56,171 bases of DNA from a virus. Taxonomy: Duplodnaviria; Caudoviricetes. Below are positions 24,160 through 32,740 of this stretch, in pieces; positions within the stretch are counted from its first letter, which is position 1; every line of letters starts with the position of its first letter. The stretch spans positions 1 through 56,171 of the IMG/VR virus record IMGVR_UViG_3300033143_006337; one strand, 5' to 3'. A program made the position numbers and the translations under genes. Below the pieces are notes generated by a model. The model saw only the letters and a program-made list of their open reading frames with translations, did no database searches and was not told the DNA's origin.

Positions 24160-26487
24160 ATGAAAAACCTATTTAGCAAACCAAAGGAAAATCCTGTTGA
24201 GTCAGTTATGGATGTTGTTGAGGAAAACTGGGATTTAAGCAAGCTAAATAGGCAAGCAGATGATGTACAAAAGAAAATAGAGAAAGCTTTAGACCTATTT
24301 CAATTTCAAATCCAGCCTGAAATGATGGGTGGTGAAGGTGGGCATTTTGGCCAGGAGTTTGAGTTAAGAGCAACGGTAGGAAGGCTCAAGAGCCTTTATA
24401 TAAAGGAGCCCTGGTGTTTTGCTACAGCTGCTCTTATCGCTAAGAAGCTAATCACAGTTCCCTTTCGTGTTCAAGATCCATTAACAGAAGAGTTTATAGA
24501 TAATCATCCACTAGAAAAAGTTTTGAATGCTGGCAACTCAATGCAGGACAGTAAATCAATGGACTGGGCAGGGTATGTTGATTTAGTGATGGGTGGGAAT
24601 TATTTTAGGGTTATGGATGAAAGATATCAAGTACCTTATCACCTTCCCGTTGAGTATGTTGGTTTGGATATGCGAGATCTAAAAACTCTTGAGGATAAAA
24701 AGAAATTCCAAGAGGTAGGACCAATTGAAAGTCTACAAATACAGCAAAACTTTATGCATGGTTTTGGCTTATATGAAAGCAAAATACCATACGAGCAAGT
24801 TATACATCATAAGTTTCCTAATCCTTTTAATCCTTTTTATGGGCTCAGTTTATACACTGCAGCTAGTAGGCCTATTCTTTTAGATAGGCACAAGAATGAA
24901 TTTGAGATGGCTTTCTATTTGAGGGGAGCTACTAACGCAGGAGTTATAGAAACCACTGAGGATATGACGAAAACCAGGATGGAAAGGCTCATGAAAACTT
25001 TTGAGCAGGCTTTCACTGGCAAGCGCAACTGGTGGAGAACTTTATTTCTCCCTAAAGGTGCTAAGTGGGTTAACTCAGGTCTTACTATGAATGAAATGCA
25101 GCATCTTGAGGGGCTTAGAGAGAATAGGCTTACTCTTCTTGCTGTTCTTGGAATTCCACCTTCTCAGGTGGGTATCGTGCAGGATGTTAACCGCTCAACT
25201 TCTGAGACAGAAGAAAGGGCACTTTGGTCTAACACTATCCAACCTATTGCAGATTTCATTGCTGCAGGCTGGAATAACTCTTATCTTGTACGGGTAATCT
25301 ATGGTGGAAAAGTTCAGGTAGTTCCGGACTATACAGGGATAACTGCAGTTGAGGGATCTTTAGCGAGTAAGCAGCCAGATATCCAGGCAGTTGAGAAAGT
25401 TGCAACTGTCAATGAGATTAGAGAGAAAGTTTTAGGTTGGGTTAAGCTTAAGGAAACAGATCCAAGAGGAAACATGTTCCCTATAGAAATTGGCCCAACA
25501 TTTTCTAATCCTTTTGGGGAACCAGCCGACGAAGGAAAACCTGGGGATTTGGGGCCAGATGATCCTGAGCCTGATAAAGTTCCTGATGATGGAGATCCTG
25601 AAGATAAGGCAAAAGAACGCGAGCGAGTTAAGTCAACCATATCCGAGAATCAAGAACGAATTGAAAAGAAACAGGGAAGTGTTTTCATGAAGGTTTTTGA
25701 TTCCTATGTTAAGCTTCTTGTATCCCAGGCAAAGAAAGCTTTGATTGGTGGTAACGATATAAGAGCCCATCTTGAAGCGCAGCGAAATGTAAGAGCTGAG
25801 CTTTATTCTAAGTCAGGGATTCCTGTTCTTATCGATACCCAGGAGAAAGGTTTTATCTTAGGTAATACCAGTGCTAAGAGCTTTACTCTGCTTGTCTCTA
25901 AAAAGCAATTTGCTGAGATAGATGAAATTGCTATAGAAATCATTCGAGATAAAACAAGAGATAACAAAAGAACACTTCTTGCTGAAAGAAGCTTAACGCA
26001 TTTTCTTGGTTTTGATGAGCATAAGACAGAGCAGATAATGAGAATCATTGAAAACGGATTGGAAGCTGGAAAGACTACTGAGCAAATTGCAAAGAATATG
26101 GAGAAAGATTTTGTAGAAAGATATGGGGATCAATTCTTCACAATTTCCAGGACTGAAATTTTGCATGCTGTTTCTCAAGGATTACAATGGAATCAGGAAA
26201 CATTAGGAACAGTTTTTTCTGAAGTTCATAAACAATGGTTTCATGTTGGGGATGTTAGTAGCAATCCAGATGCAAGAGAAGGTCATGCTGCTTTTGAAGA
26301 TGCTGGCAAAAATGGAGTGGTTCCTGCTGATCATGTTTGGGTAAATGAAAACACAGGTGGACGTTTGCGGTATCCAAGAGACTTTCAGGCGGGTGCAGAA
26401 GACGTTATAAACTGCAGGTGTTCAATGGCTAATGTTATTCCTTCTGGTGCTGTAAGCAATGCAGAAGCAATCATAGCAACAGAATAA
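24160..26487 (+). CDS. HK97-type portal fused to a MuF/SPP1 gp7-like head morphogenesis domain
   Basis: VIHHK.PNP....YGLS, LGIPP..VG, NEIRE; acidic Pro-rich linker; then ISRTE, KQW, R.GH, LRYPRD, INCRC. Confidence 0.9.
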   Translation: MKNLFSKPKENPVESVMDVVEENWDLSKLNRQADDVQKKIEKALDLFQFQIQPEMMGGEGGHFGQEFELRATVGRLKSLYIKEPWCFATAALIAKKLITVPFRVQDPLTEEFIDNHPLEKVLNAGNSMQDSKSMDWAGYVDLVMGGNYFRVMDERYQVPYHLPVEYVGLDMRDLKTLEDKKKFQEVGPIESLQIQQNFMHGFGLYESKIPYEQVIHHKFPNPFNPFYGLSLYTAASRPILLDRHKNEFEMAFYLRGATNAGVIETTEDMTKTRMERLMKTFEQAFTGKRNWWRTLFLPKGAKWVNSGLTMNEMQHLEGLRENRLTLLAVLGIPPSQVGIVQDVNRSTSETEERALWSNTIQPIADFIAAGWNNSYLVRVIYGGKVQVVPDYTGITAVEGSLASKQPDIQAVEKVATVNEIREKVLGWVKLKETDPRGNMFPIEIGPTFSNPFGEPADEGKPGDLGPDDPEPDKVPDDGDPEDKAKERERVKSTISENQERIEKKQGSVFMKVFDSYVKLLVSQAKKALIGGNDIRAHLEAQRNVRAELYSKSGIPVLIDTQEKGFILGNTSAKSFTLLVSKKQFAEIDEIAIEIIRDKTRDNKRTLLAERSLTHFLGFDEHKTEQIMRIIENGLEAGKTTEQIAKNMEKDFVERYGDQFFTISRTEILHAVSQGLQWNQETLGTVFSEVHKQWFHVGDVSSNPDAREGHAAFEDAGKNGVVPADHVWVNENTGGRLRYPRDFQAGAEDVINCRCSMANVIPSGAVSNAEAIIATE

Positions 26488-26500
26488 AATTAAGGAGTTA

Positions 26501-27559
26501 GTGATGATTAAGATTATAGGCAATCCCAAAGATGTTCAGAAGTGGCTTCAACTTAAAGAAACACCACTAACAAAGTATATTAATAAAGCTTTGAAAGCTG
26601 GAGAAAAAGGTGAAGAGCCTGATAGAGAAGATGTTCCTACTTTTCTTGGGCAGATTACTGAGGTTAAAGGAGTAGATGGAAAAAACCTAACAGACTACGA
26701 ATTTAACACCACTAAGCGTATGTATCTTAAGGGGATTGCTAATGAGCATACGATGGACAGAATGAATGAAATCGTTAAGCCTGTTGGTCTTGATGCAAGA
26801 AACTATTTAAAGAATCCTATTATGTTAGCTGACCACATGTATATGGCAAGGGCTTCTATAGGTAGAGTTGAAGAGCTTAGGCCAGAAGATGATGGTGTTC
26901 ATTTTGATGGTTGGGTAGGAGATCCTGAAAAAGCTCCACTAACTGATATGCAAAAAGACATTAGAAGCCTTATAGCTCAAGGGATTCTGAGAACTGTATC
27001 TATTGGATTCATTCCCAAGAAAATCAAATCACCACTGTTTAACGATGAAGGAGAAATGGTTGAGCCTGCTATCATTGAAGAGTGGGAAATGTTAGAATTA
27101 AGTGTCATACCAGTTCCCGCTAATGCTGGTTCAACATTCGAAATGAAGAAAATTCAGCAAACTTACGTTAAGCATCTTAATGAGTTTGCATCTTTATGGA
27201 ATAATGATAATGTAACGATTACTAGCAACGGTAAATCGTTTAACAAAGATAATGATAAAGGAGCCTATGAAATGAACGAAAAGCAAGCTCAAGAATTAAT
27301 TGATAGTATGAAAAATCTTGTGACTCTTTCTTCTTCAAGTAACGAGATGCTTAAGAAAAGCCTTGAGCTTCATGAAACTACTCTGAGTACACTTGAGGCT
27401 AAAGGAAAGAAACCAAAAGATGATGACGATGATGACGACAAAAAAGCCTTCGAAAAGAGACTTAAAACTCTTGAAGATGGTTTGGCAGGAATGACTGAGC
27501 AACTCGGAAAACTCTCCGAAAGTGTTCTCTCACTCGTTGAAGGCAAAAAAGAAGACTAA
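26501..27559 (+). CDS. HK97-family prohead protease with C-terminal scaffold-like coiled coil
   Basis: DRMNE, NPIMLADH, SIGF, ELSVIPVPAN. Confidence 0.92.
   Translation: MMIKIIGNPKDVQKWLQLKETPLTKYINKALKAGEKGEEPDREDVPTFLGQITEVKGVDGKNLTDYEFNTTKRMYLKGIANEHTMDRMNEIVKPVGLDARNYLKNPIMLADHMYMARASIGRVEELRPEDDGVHFDGWVGDPEKAPLTDMQKDIRSLIAQGILRTVSIGFIPKKIKSPLFNDEGEMVEPAIIEEWEMLELSVIPVPANAGSTFEMKKIQQTYVKHLNEFASLWNNDNVTITSNGKSFNKDNDKGAYEMNEKQAQELIDSMKNLVTLSSSSNEMLKKSLELHETTLSTLEAKGKKPKDDDDDDDKKAFEKRLKTLEDGLAGMTEQLGKLSESVLSLVEGKKED
27272..27559 (+). CDS. Nested in-frame scaffold-like protein
   Basis: AAGGAG 8 nt before in-frame ATG (MNEKQAQE); coiled coil with KKPKDDDDDDDKK. Confidence 0.55.
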   Translation: MNEKQAQELIDSMKNLVTLSSSSNEMLKKSLELHETTLSTLEAKGKKPKDDDDDDDKKAFEKRLKTLEDGLAGMTEQLGKLSESVLSLVEGKKED

Positions 27560-27626
27560 TTGCAGTCTTAATTTTATTAAATACTATACATAATTTACTT
27601 TTTGTTGTTTGAAAAAGGAGAGTCAA

Positions 27627-28997
27627 ATGAACGATAAGGCAAAACCAGAAGACACTATCAGCAAAATTTATGAGCTTCTTGCTGCTAAGAAAGCTCCAGA
27701 CCAGATCGGAAAACCTATCTATGCAAAAGACATAGAGATGGCTAAGATGCTTGGCGCAAAGAACATGGTGCAGCTCATCGGTAAAAAAATCGATGATAAT
27801 GATAACAAAACTAAATCTATTCCTTTGAACTTCGGTTCAAAAGCTTCAACGGGTATGCTTCCCGATGATGTTCGTATGAGATTGTTTTTTCTCAAGAAAG
27901 CAATCAGTGATGTTGAGATTCAGGCGCAGTACAAGTGCAATAAAAAGCACGTAACTGTTGCTGAAATGAAATCAACGCCACTGTATAAGGATACTCTTGA
28001 GCCCATGCTTAGGGCTTTTGATGTAACGGATTTTAGTGATTGGGCAGATACTCAAGCCCAAGCGCGTTTCTTTTTTGAAGAGTATGAGCTTCCTTTGCTT
28101 CTCGCGGATCAGTTCGACCAAATGCCGATGGATGCTTCTTTCATAAGGGTACCGGGAGCGTTAGGGAAGTTGATGGGTCAGTTAGAAGCTGATAATGCAA
28201 CATTTACTCCTCAATTCAACACAGATGCAAACTATATTGTTGAAGCCAAAAACAATGTGGTACATACTGTTATCACTCAAGATTTAATGGATGATGCTGC
28301 TCCTTCCATCATTGATAAACTTCGTAAAGAAGTTTTGAAAGGTGTTGGAAGAAGTTACGAAAGAACGCTTATTGATGGTGATGTAACCAATCCTCATCAA
28401 GATGCTGATGTAGCTTTTGGCTCAACTGACTTTAGAACAGCATGGAATGGTTTGAGAAAACTTGCCATTGCTAACGAAGTTACGGTTGGTGGTGGAGCAA
28501 TCGTTTATAATCATGGTGGAGACACTGCATCCAAAACTTTGTTTGCAACTCTACTGAGAATGCTCAAATCTCAAAACTCCAACAAAGCAGATCTTGCTTG
28601 GATCTTCCCAAATTCCATCTCAACTGATCTTGTAACTGGTGCAATTCCTGAACTCTTCACGGCATTTGCTTTTGGTGGTTTGGCATCAAACGTAACTGGC
28701 CAGGTTCCTCCAGTGTTTGGTGTTAATGGTGTTGAGAGTGAATGGATGAGAGAAGATCTTCATGAAAGTGGAGTTTACACCATCGCTGATCAAACAAAGA
28801 CGACTATGCTTCTTGTGCAAAAGTCTCGTTTCATGAACTGGACGCGCCAAGCAACGAGAGTATGGGCAGCTCCTTCGCTTCCTTCGAGCGATCAAATGCT
28901 TATGAGTTCCAAGGCACGTCATGCATGGGCAGGAACTCCTCAAAGCGAAACAGAGCGCAGTGTTGTGATGGCAAGAAACGTCGAAACTCAAGGTTAG
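27627..28997 (+). CDS. Major capsid protein (HK97 fold, N-terminal extension)
   Basis: Follows protease, AAGGAG RBS, ITQDLMDD and ERTLIDGD motifs, strong terminator after. Confidence 0.88.
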   Translation: MNDKAKPEDTISKIYELLAAKKAPDQIGKPIYAKDIEMAKMLGAKNMVQLIGKKIDDNDNKTKSIPLNFGSKASTGMLPDDVRMRLFFLKKAISDVEIQAQYKCNKKHVTVAEMKSTPLYKDTLEPMLRAFDVTDFSDWADTQAQARFFFEEYELPLLLADQFDQMPMDASFIRVPGALGKLMGQLEADNATFTPQFNTDANYIVEAKNNVVHTVITQDLMDDAAPSIIDKLRKEVLKGVGRSYERTLIDGDVTNPHQDADVAFGSTDFRTAWNGLRKLAIANEVTVGGGAIVYNHGGDTASKTLFATLLRMLKSQNSNKADLAWIFPNSISTDLVTGAIPELFTAFAFGGLASNVTGQVPPVFGVNGVESEWMREDLHESGVYTIADQTKTTMLLVQKSRFMNWTRQATRVWAAPSLPSSDQMLMSSKARHAWAGTPQSETERSVVMARNVETQG

Positions 28998-29042
28998 TAG
29001 CCTTTTAGTTCTTGTTTCTGTTTTTGTTCTCTATATTTCTTG

Positions 29043-29078
29043 AAGCCCCTTCCCCAATATAGGGGTAGGGGTTTTTTT
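29043..29078 (+). terminator. Intrinsic terminator after capsid gene
   Basis: GCCCCTTCCCC-aatata-GGGGTAGGGGT followed by T run. Confidence 0.85.
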
Positions 29079-29095
29079 CTCTAAAGGAGAAAGTA

Positions 29096-29413
29096 ATGAA
29101 GTGTGTTGAGTTAAAAGTAGTGAATAGAAAAGAAGCGCTTTGTATATTGGAATGTGGTGGAGTTTATGTTGAAGCTGGTGGAAGTGTTATTGTGGATGCA
29201 GAAGTAGCTCCTAGAATCCTTCAAACCTACATCATGTTTATGGATAAGGGAGAAGTGTTCGAAAGAGAAAAGAAGCTTGCTAATGGTCACTATGAGCTTG
29301 TTGGTGCAAAGAAAAAAGAAGCTCCTAAGCCTGCACCAAAAGAGCCAGAAAAAGTTAAGGATGTAGCCGAGAATCGCTCAATGGAAGGTAGCTCCGAAGT
29401 CAAAACAAAATAA
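29096..29413 (+). CDS. Small head-associated protein
   Basis: Position after capsid; Lys/Pro/Ala-rich C-terminus. Confidence 0.55.
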   Translation: MKCVELKVVNRKEALCILECGGVYVEAGGSVIVDAEVAPRILQTYIMFMDKGEVFEREKKLANGHYELVGAKKKEAPKPAPKEPEKVKDVAENRSMEGSSEVKTK

Positions 29414-29437
29414 ACCTGGGGTTAAGGAGCTTTTGAG

Positions 29438-30052
29438 ATGGTTGTAATAGCTACATTAGATGAAGTTAAAACTTGGATTGGTATTCCTCTTTCTAATACC
29501 GATCATGATGATAACTTAACTCTCATTATGAATTCTACAACAAAAGCAATCTACAATTATGTAGATACCCCTTTCGAATTGACTCCTATAACTAACGAAG
29601 TAAAAGATGGGATAAGGGCAGATATTCTTGTACCTAAGTTTTTTCCTACTGCTAGTGTTCAAGAAATTCGGTTTGGAATTGGAACAGATGGAACAGGTGG
29701 AACTGTTGTAGATCCTACGGAATATATTGTAGCTCCAGATTCTATTACTTTTCGTTGGCTTCATACTCCGTTTTACCGTGGGAGTGTTGGTCTTGATTAC
29801 ACTTACGGGTACGATGGTGTTCCTGATGATGTTAAGCTTGCATTTATTCAGGCAGTGGAAGCTCAATTTAGGCGTAAGGGACGTAAAAGCATAGGTATGG
29901 CTTCAAGATCCAAGAAGGATGAATCAGAAGCTTACAGTGGCGATTTGAACGCTTGGGATGGTTTAACAGGGCTACCAAAGGAAATTGTGGCAATGCTTAA
30001 GCCTTACAAGTCTTTCGAGTTTCCAACGGATAATGCACAAAGGAATCTTTAG
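29438..30052 (+). CDS. Head-tail connector (gp6/gp15-like)
   Basis: TLDEVKTWIG, YTYGY..VPDDVKLA, MLKPY. Confidence 0.85.
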   Translation: MVVIATLDEVKTWIGIPLSNTDHDDNLTLIMNSTTKAIYNYVDTPFELTPITNEVKDGIRADILVPKFFPTASVQEIRFGIGTDGTGGTVVDPTEYIVAPDSITFRWLHTPFYRGSVGLDYTYGYDGVPDDVKLAFIQAVEAQFRRKGRKSIGMASRSKKDESEAYSGDLNAWDGLTGLPKEIVAMLKPYKSFEFPTDNAQRNL

Positions 30053-30054
30053 AA

Positions 30055-30678
30055 GTGGCTAGAGTAAGAAGCATATTTGAAATGGTTGACTATATTAAAG
30101 GTATGAATAATGCTTTTACTCGCGGTTATTCTTTAGCTCTTCTGCAGGCTACTATTGATGCAGAAAGACTTGCAAAACGGAATGCAACAAGACAGTTTAC
30201 TGGAAGGCGCAACAGAAAGCTTTCTGGAAGGCTGCTTAATTCTATCTACAGTGGCTTCACAGAAGCAGGGGGTATGCCGCAAAGCTTTATAGGTACAAAA
30301 GGAATTCCTTACGGAGCTGTTCATGAATATGGGCATGATGGAATTAAACCTGTGAAAGCGCAACATCTTTGGGTAAAAATGTGGGGGGGAGCTGCAGACA
30401 AATTTAGGCGAATGACTCCTACAGATTTTATTAAAGAAATGAGAAACAGCAAAGCATTCCAAATCTTCAGAAGTAAAGCTGGTAATTTGCTTGCTTTTCA
30501 TGTTGTAAAAATATCAGGGAAAAAGGTTAAATATAAGCTTACTCCTCTTTTTCATTTGCGCGATGAAGTGAAAATTAAGGAACGGCCGTACTTACGGCCA
30601 GCGATTGAAGAAGCCTTTGAGGATTTTGGTGGAATCGCTGCAAAGCGCATAGCTCAAGAGCTTGTGGGGATACGTTAA
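30055..30678 (+). CDS. Neck/tail completion protein (HK97 gp10-like)
   Basis: SGRLLNSI, YGAVHEYG, RPYLRPA. Confidence 0.8.
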   Translation: MARVRSIFEMVDYIKGMNNAFTRGYSLALLQATIDAERLAKRNATRQFTGRRNRKLSGRLLNSIYSGFTEAGGMPQSFIGTKGIPYGAVHEYGHDGIKPVKAQHLWVKMWGGAADKFRRMTPTDFIKEMRNSKAFQIFRSKAGNLLAFHVVKISGKKVKYKLTPLFHLRDEVKIKERPYLRPAIEEAFEDFGGIAAKRIAQELVGIR

Positions 30679-30682
30679 ACAA

Positions 30683-31147
30683 ATGAGTAGTATTAAAGCT
30701 CAAATTTTTGCAAATTTTGTCGATAGGCTTAAGACAATAAAAGAAAGTAATGGTTACTCTTTTACTGTGCAGAAAGTTTTTGCTGATGATATTCCTACTG
30801 GTCTTTCTTTAGAAGCTTATGAGCTTCCTGCTATATTGGCTTTAGAAGCGCAAGACAAAATTAAAATGCAGCATCAATGCTTGGATGGAATGTGGACAAT
30901 TGAACTGCAACTTATTCATGGGGATGTTAGTGATACGGTTATGATGGAATTTGTGAGGGATGTTTTCAAAGCAATTTATGCAAACTCACCAGTTGCAGAA
31001 AGAAATGATGCTTTTAGAGAGATTCATCCTAGCATTTATCAGATTAGCCCATTGTCAATATCGCCTGATTTGAATATGATTGAGGCTAATAGGTTTTATG
31101 GTATTTCTTTAGCAATTCATTATCGTGCAAGACTTTATAACTTATAA
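30683..31147 (+). CDS. Tail terminator protein
   Basis: LKTI...NGY, ELPAI pattern and position. Confidence 0.7.
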   Translation: MSSIKAQIFANFVDRLKTIKESNGYSFTVQKVFADDIPTGLSLEAYELPAILALEAQDKIKMQHQCLDGMWTIELQLIHGDVSDTVMMEFVRDVFKAIYANSPVAERNDAFREIHPSIYQISPLSISPDLNMIEANRFYGISLAIHYRARLYNL

Positions 31148-31158
31148 GGAGACAAGTC

Positions 31159-31542
31159 ATGGGTAACTTTCTGAAACTTCTTTTAACGATTTCTGTTTTT
31201 CTTTTCATCTCGTCAGTGGCGAGTGCAGATTGGTTTGGTGAAAATACCAGGATTAAATCTGTAACTCCGTACCATACAACTGTTGGTACGAGTACCGCTC
31301 TTGCAATTCCTTCTGCTGATGTTACTGGAAATATTTATCGTTTTGAGATTTGTAATGATGCTGTAAATACTTCTACTTATCTTGCTGTTGGGATGGATAC
31401 AGACGTTTCAGATGATGGCATTAGGCTTGATAAAGGAGCTTGCTGGGCTTGTGAAAACTGCAAACCATCTATTCTGAAGTTGATAAAGGTAGAGGGGCAG
31501 GCAGCAACTAACGGCTACTCAGTTTTTCAGTACAAACGATAA
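31159..31542 (+). CDS. Signal-peptide protein, four-Cys paralog 1
   Basis: MGNFLKLLLTISVFLFISSVASA/DW; ICND...GIRL..GACWACENC...GYSVFQY. Confidence 0.8.
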   Translation: MGNFLKLLLTISVFLFISSVASADWFGENTRIKSVTPYHTTVGTSTALAIPSADVTGNIYRFEICNDAVNTSTYLAVGMDTDVSDDGIRLDKGACWACENCKPSILKLIKVEGQAATNGYSVFQYKR

Positions 31543-31569
31543 CCAAATTTACTTATAAGGAGTTAGACT

Positions 31570-32307
31570 ATGAAATATTTAGCATTGTTTTCAATTCTTC
31601 TGTTTTCCTTCACTGCTTTTGCAGCGATGAACGATTCAAACAATAGAGCTTCCCAGGTAAGTTTTGTGCGAGGCTCAACAGATCTTGAAGTTAAAGAAAT
31701 CTCAAGTGTACAGTGCAGAGCAGATGTTGCAGGAAATTTAGGAGGTAAATACTTCCTGATTTATTCAGCATTGGATGCTGTGAAATATGGTATCTGGTAC
31801 GATGTTGATGATGGTTCAAGCGCACCAACAGTAGCGGGAGCAACGCTTGTAGAAGTTGATATTTCTTCAGGTGATTTAGGAGATCCTGTTTGTGCGGCAA
31901 CTGAAACTGCAATGGATGCTGTAACCGGAACACCCTGGGATATTGGGAGAGTTACAGATACACTTACCATTACAAGTTCTGACTTTGGAGCTGTAACGGA
32001 TATAGCCGATGTTGACACAACGCACACCGATATTTCAAAGACTACAGACGGGGTGAGCGCAGAAGCTGCAATTGGTGCTTCTGATATCATTGCGAATATA
32101 AGAGGATTCCAGGTTTGCAATGATGCTGTGAATACGTCAACTTACTTACTGATAGGTTGGTCGGCTACAGTTCAGGATACTGGCATAAGGATTGGGAAAG
32201 GGATTTGCTATTCTTGCGAAGAATGCTCAAGGAGTATTCTCTCAAATATGTATGTTTCTGGGCAGGCTGATGCAAACGCTTATGGAATTGTACAATGGAG
32301 AAAGTAA
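31570..32307 (+). CDS. Signal-peptide protein, four-Cys paralog 2 with inserted domain
   Basis: MKYLALFSILLFSFTAFA/AM; VCND...GIRI..GICYSCEEC...YGIVQW. Confidence 0.8.
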   Translation: MKYLALFSILLFSFTAFAAMNDSNNRASQVSFVRGSTDLEVKEISSVQCRADVAGNLGGKYFLIYSALDAVKYGIWYDVDDGSSAPTVAGATLVEVDISSGDLGDPVCAATETAMDAVTGTPWDIGRVTDTLTITSSDFGAVTDIADVDTTHTDISKTTDGVSAEAAIGASDIIANIRGFQVCNDAVNTSTYLLIGWSATVQDTGIRIGKGICYSCEECSRSILSNMYVSGQADANAYGIVQWRK

Positions 32308-32678
32308 TGATTAAATATCTAAGCTTACTTCTTTTACTGTTTTCTTTTACTTCATTCTCTGATGTTGTATTCAATTCTAATACGATGATGAATCAGATTG
32401 AGGTAGAGCATTCAACTGTTGGAGTAGCTGCGCAGCTTGCGATTGCTTCAGCTGATGTTAAGGCTGATTTGCATGGGTTTAGCATTTGTGTGGATAAAGA
32501 AGCAACGGCTACTTACTTTGCTATTGGTGAAGCAGTAGATCCTTTAACTGATGGGGTAAGAATTGGTGCAGGGCAATGCTTTATGTGTAATTTTTGCTCT
32601 GGTAAAATCTTAAGGCTTTTACGTGTTGTTGCTCAAGCAGCATCAACAGGTTACTCAGTAACGCAATTTAGGCAATGA
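32307..32678 (+). CDS. Signal-peptide protein, four-Cys paralog 3
   Basis: TAATG coupling; MIKYLSLLLLLFSFTSFS/DV; ICVD...GVRI..GQCFMCNFC...GYSVTQF. Confidence 0.8.
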   Translation: MIKYLSLLLLLFSFTSFSDVVFNSNTMMNQIEVEHSTVGVAAQLAIASADVKADLHGFSICVDKEATATYFAIGEAVDPLTDGVRIGAGQCFMCNFCSGKILRLLRVVAQAASTGYSVTQFRQ

Positions 32679-32725
32679 CGCGAGCATATAGGTAACGCAA
32701 TTTAAGCAGTGATGTAAACATATGG
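32658..32725 (+). repeat. Degenerate 34-bp tandem duplication
   Basis: GTAACGCAATTTAGGCAATGA at 32658 and GTAACGCAATTTAAGCAGTGA at 32692. Confidence 0.8.
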
Positions 32726-32740
32726 TAAAGGAGTACCGTT

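Noticed and set aside
30670-30684. Further copies of the 15-bp operator here and near 6809 and 47848
   Set aside because: Three or more mismatches or wrong spacing; expected by chance in AT-rich DNA
31420-32610. CxxCxxC as radical SAM, ferredoxin or heme c motif
   Set aside because: Spacing is not CxxxCxxC, there is no CxxCH, no fourth Cys at the ferredoxin position, and no twin-arginine leader; a metal site is kept only as a minor alternative
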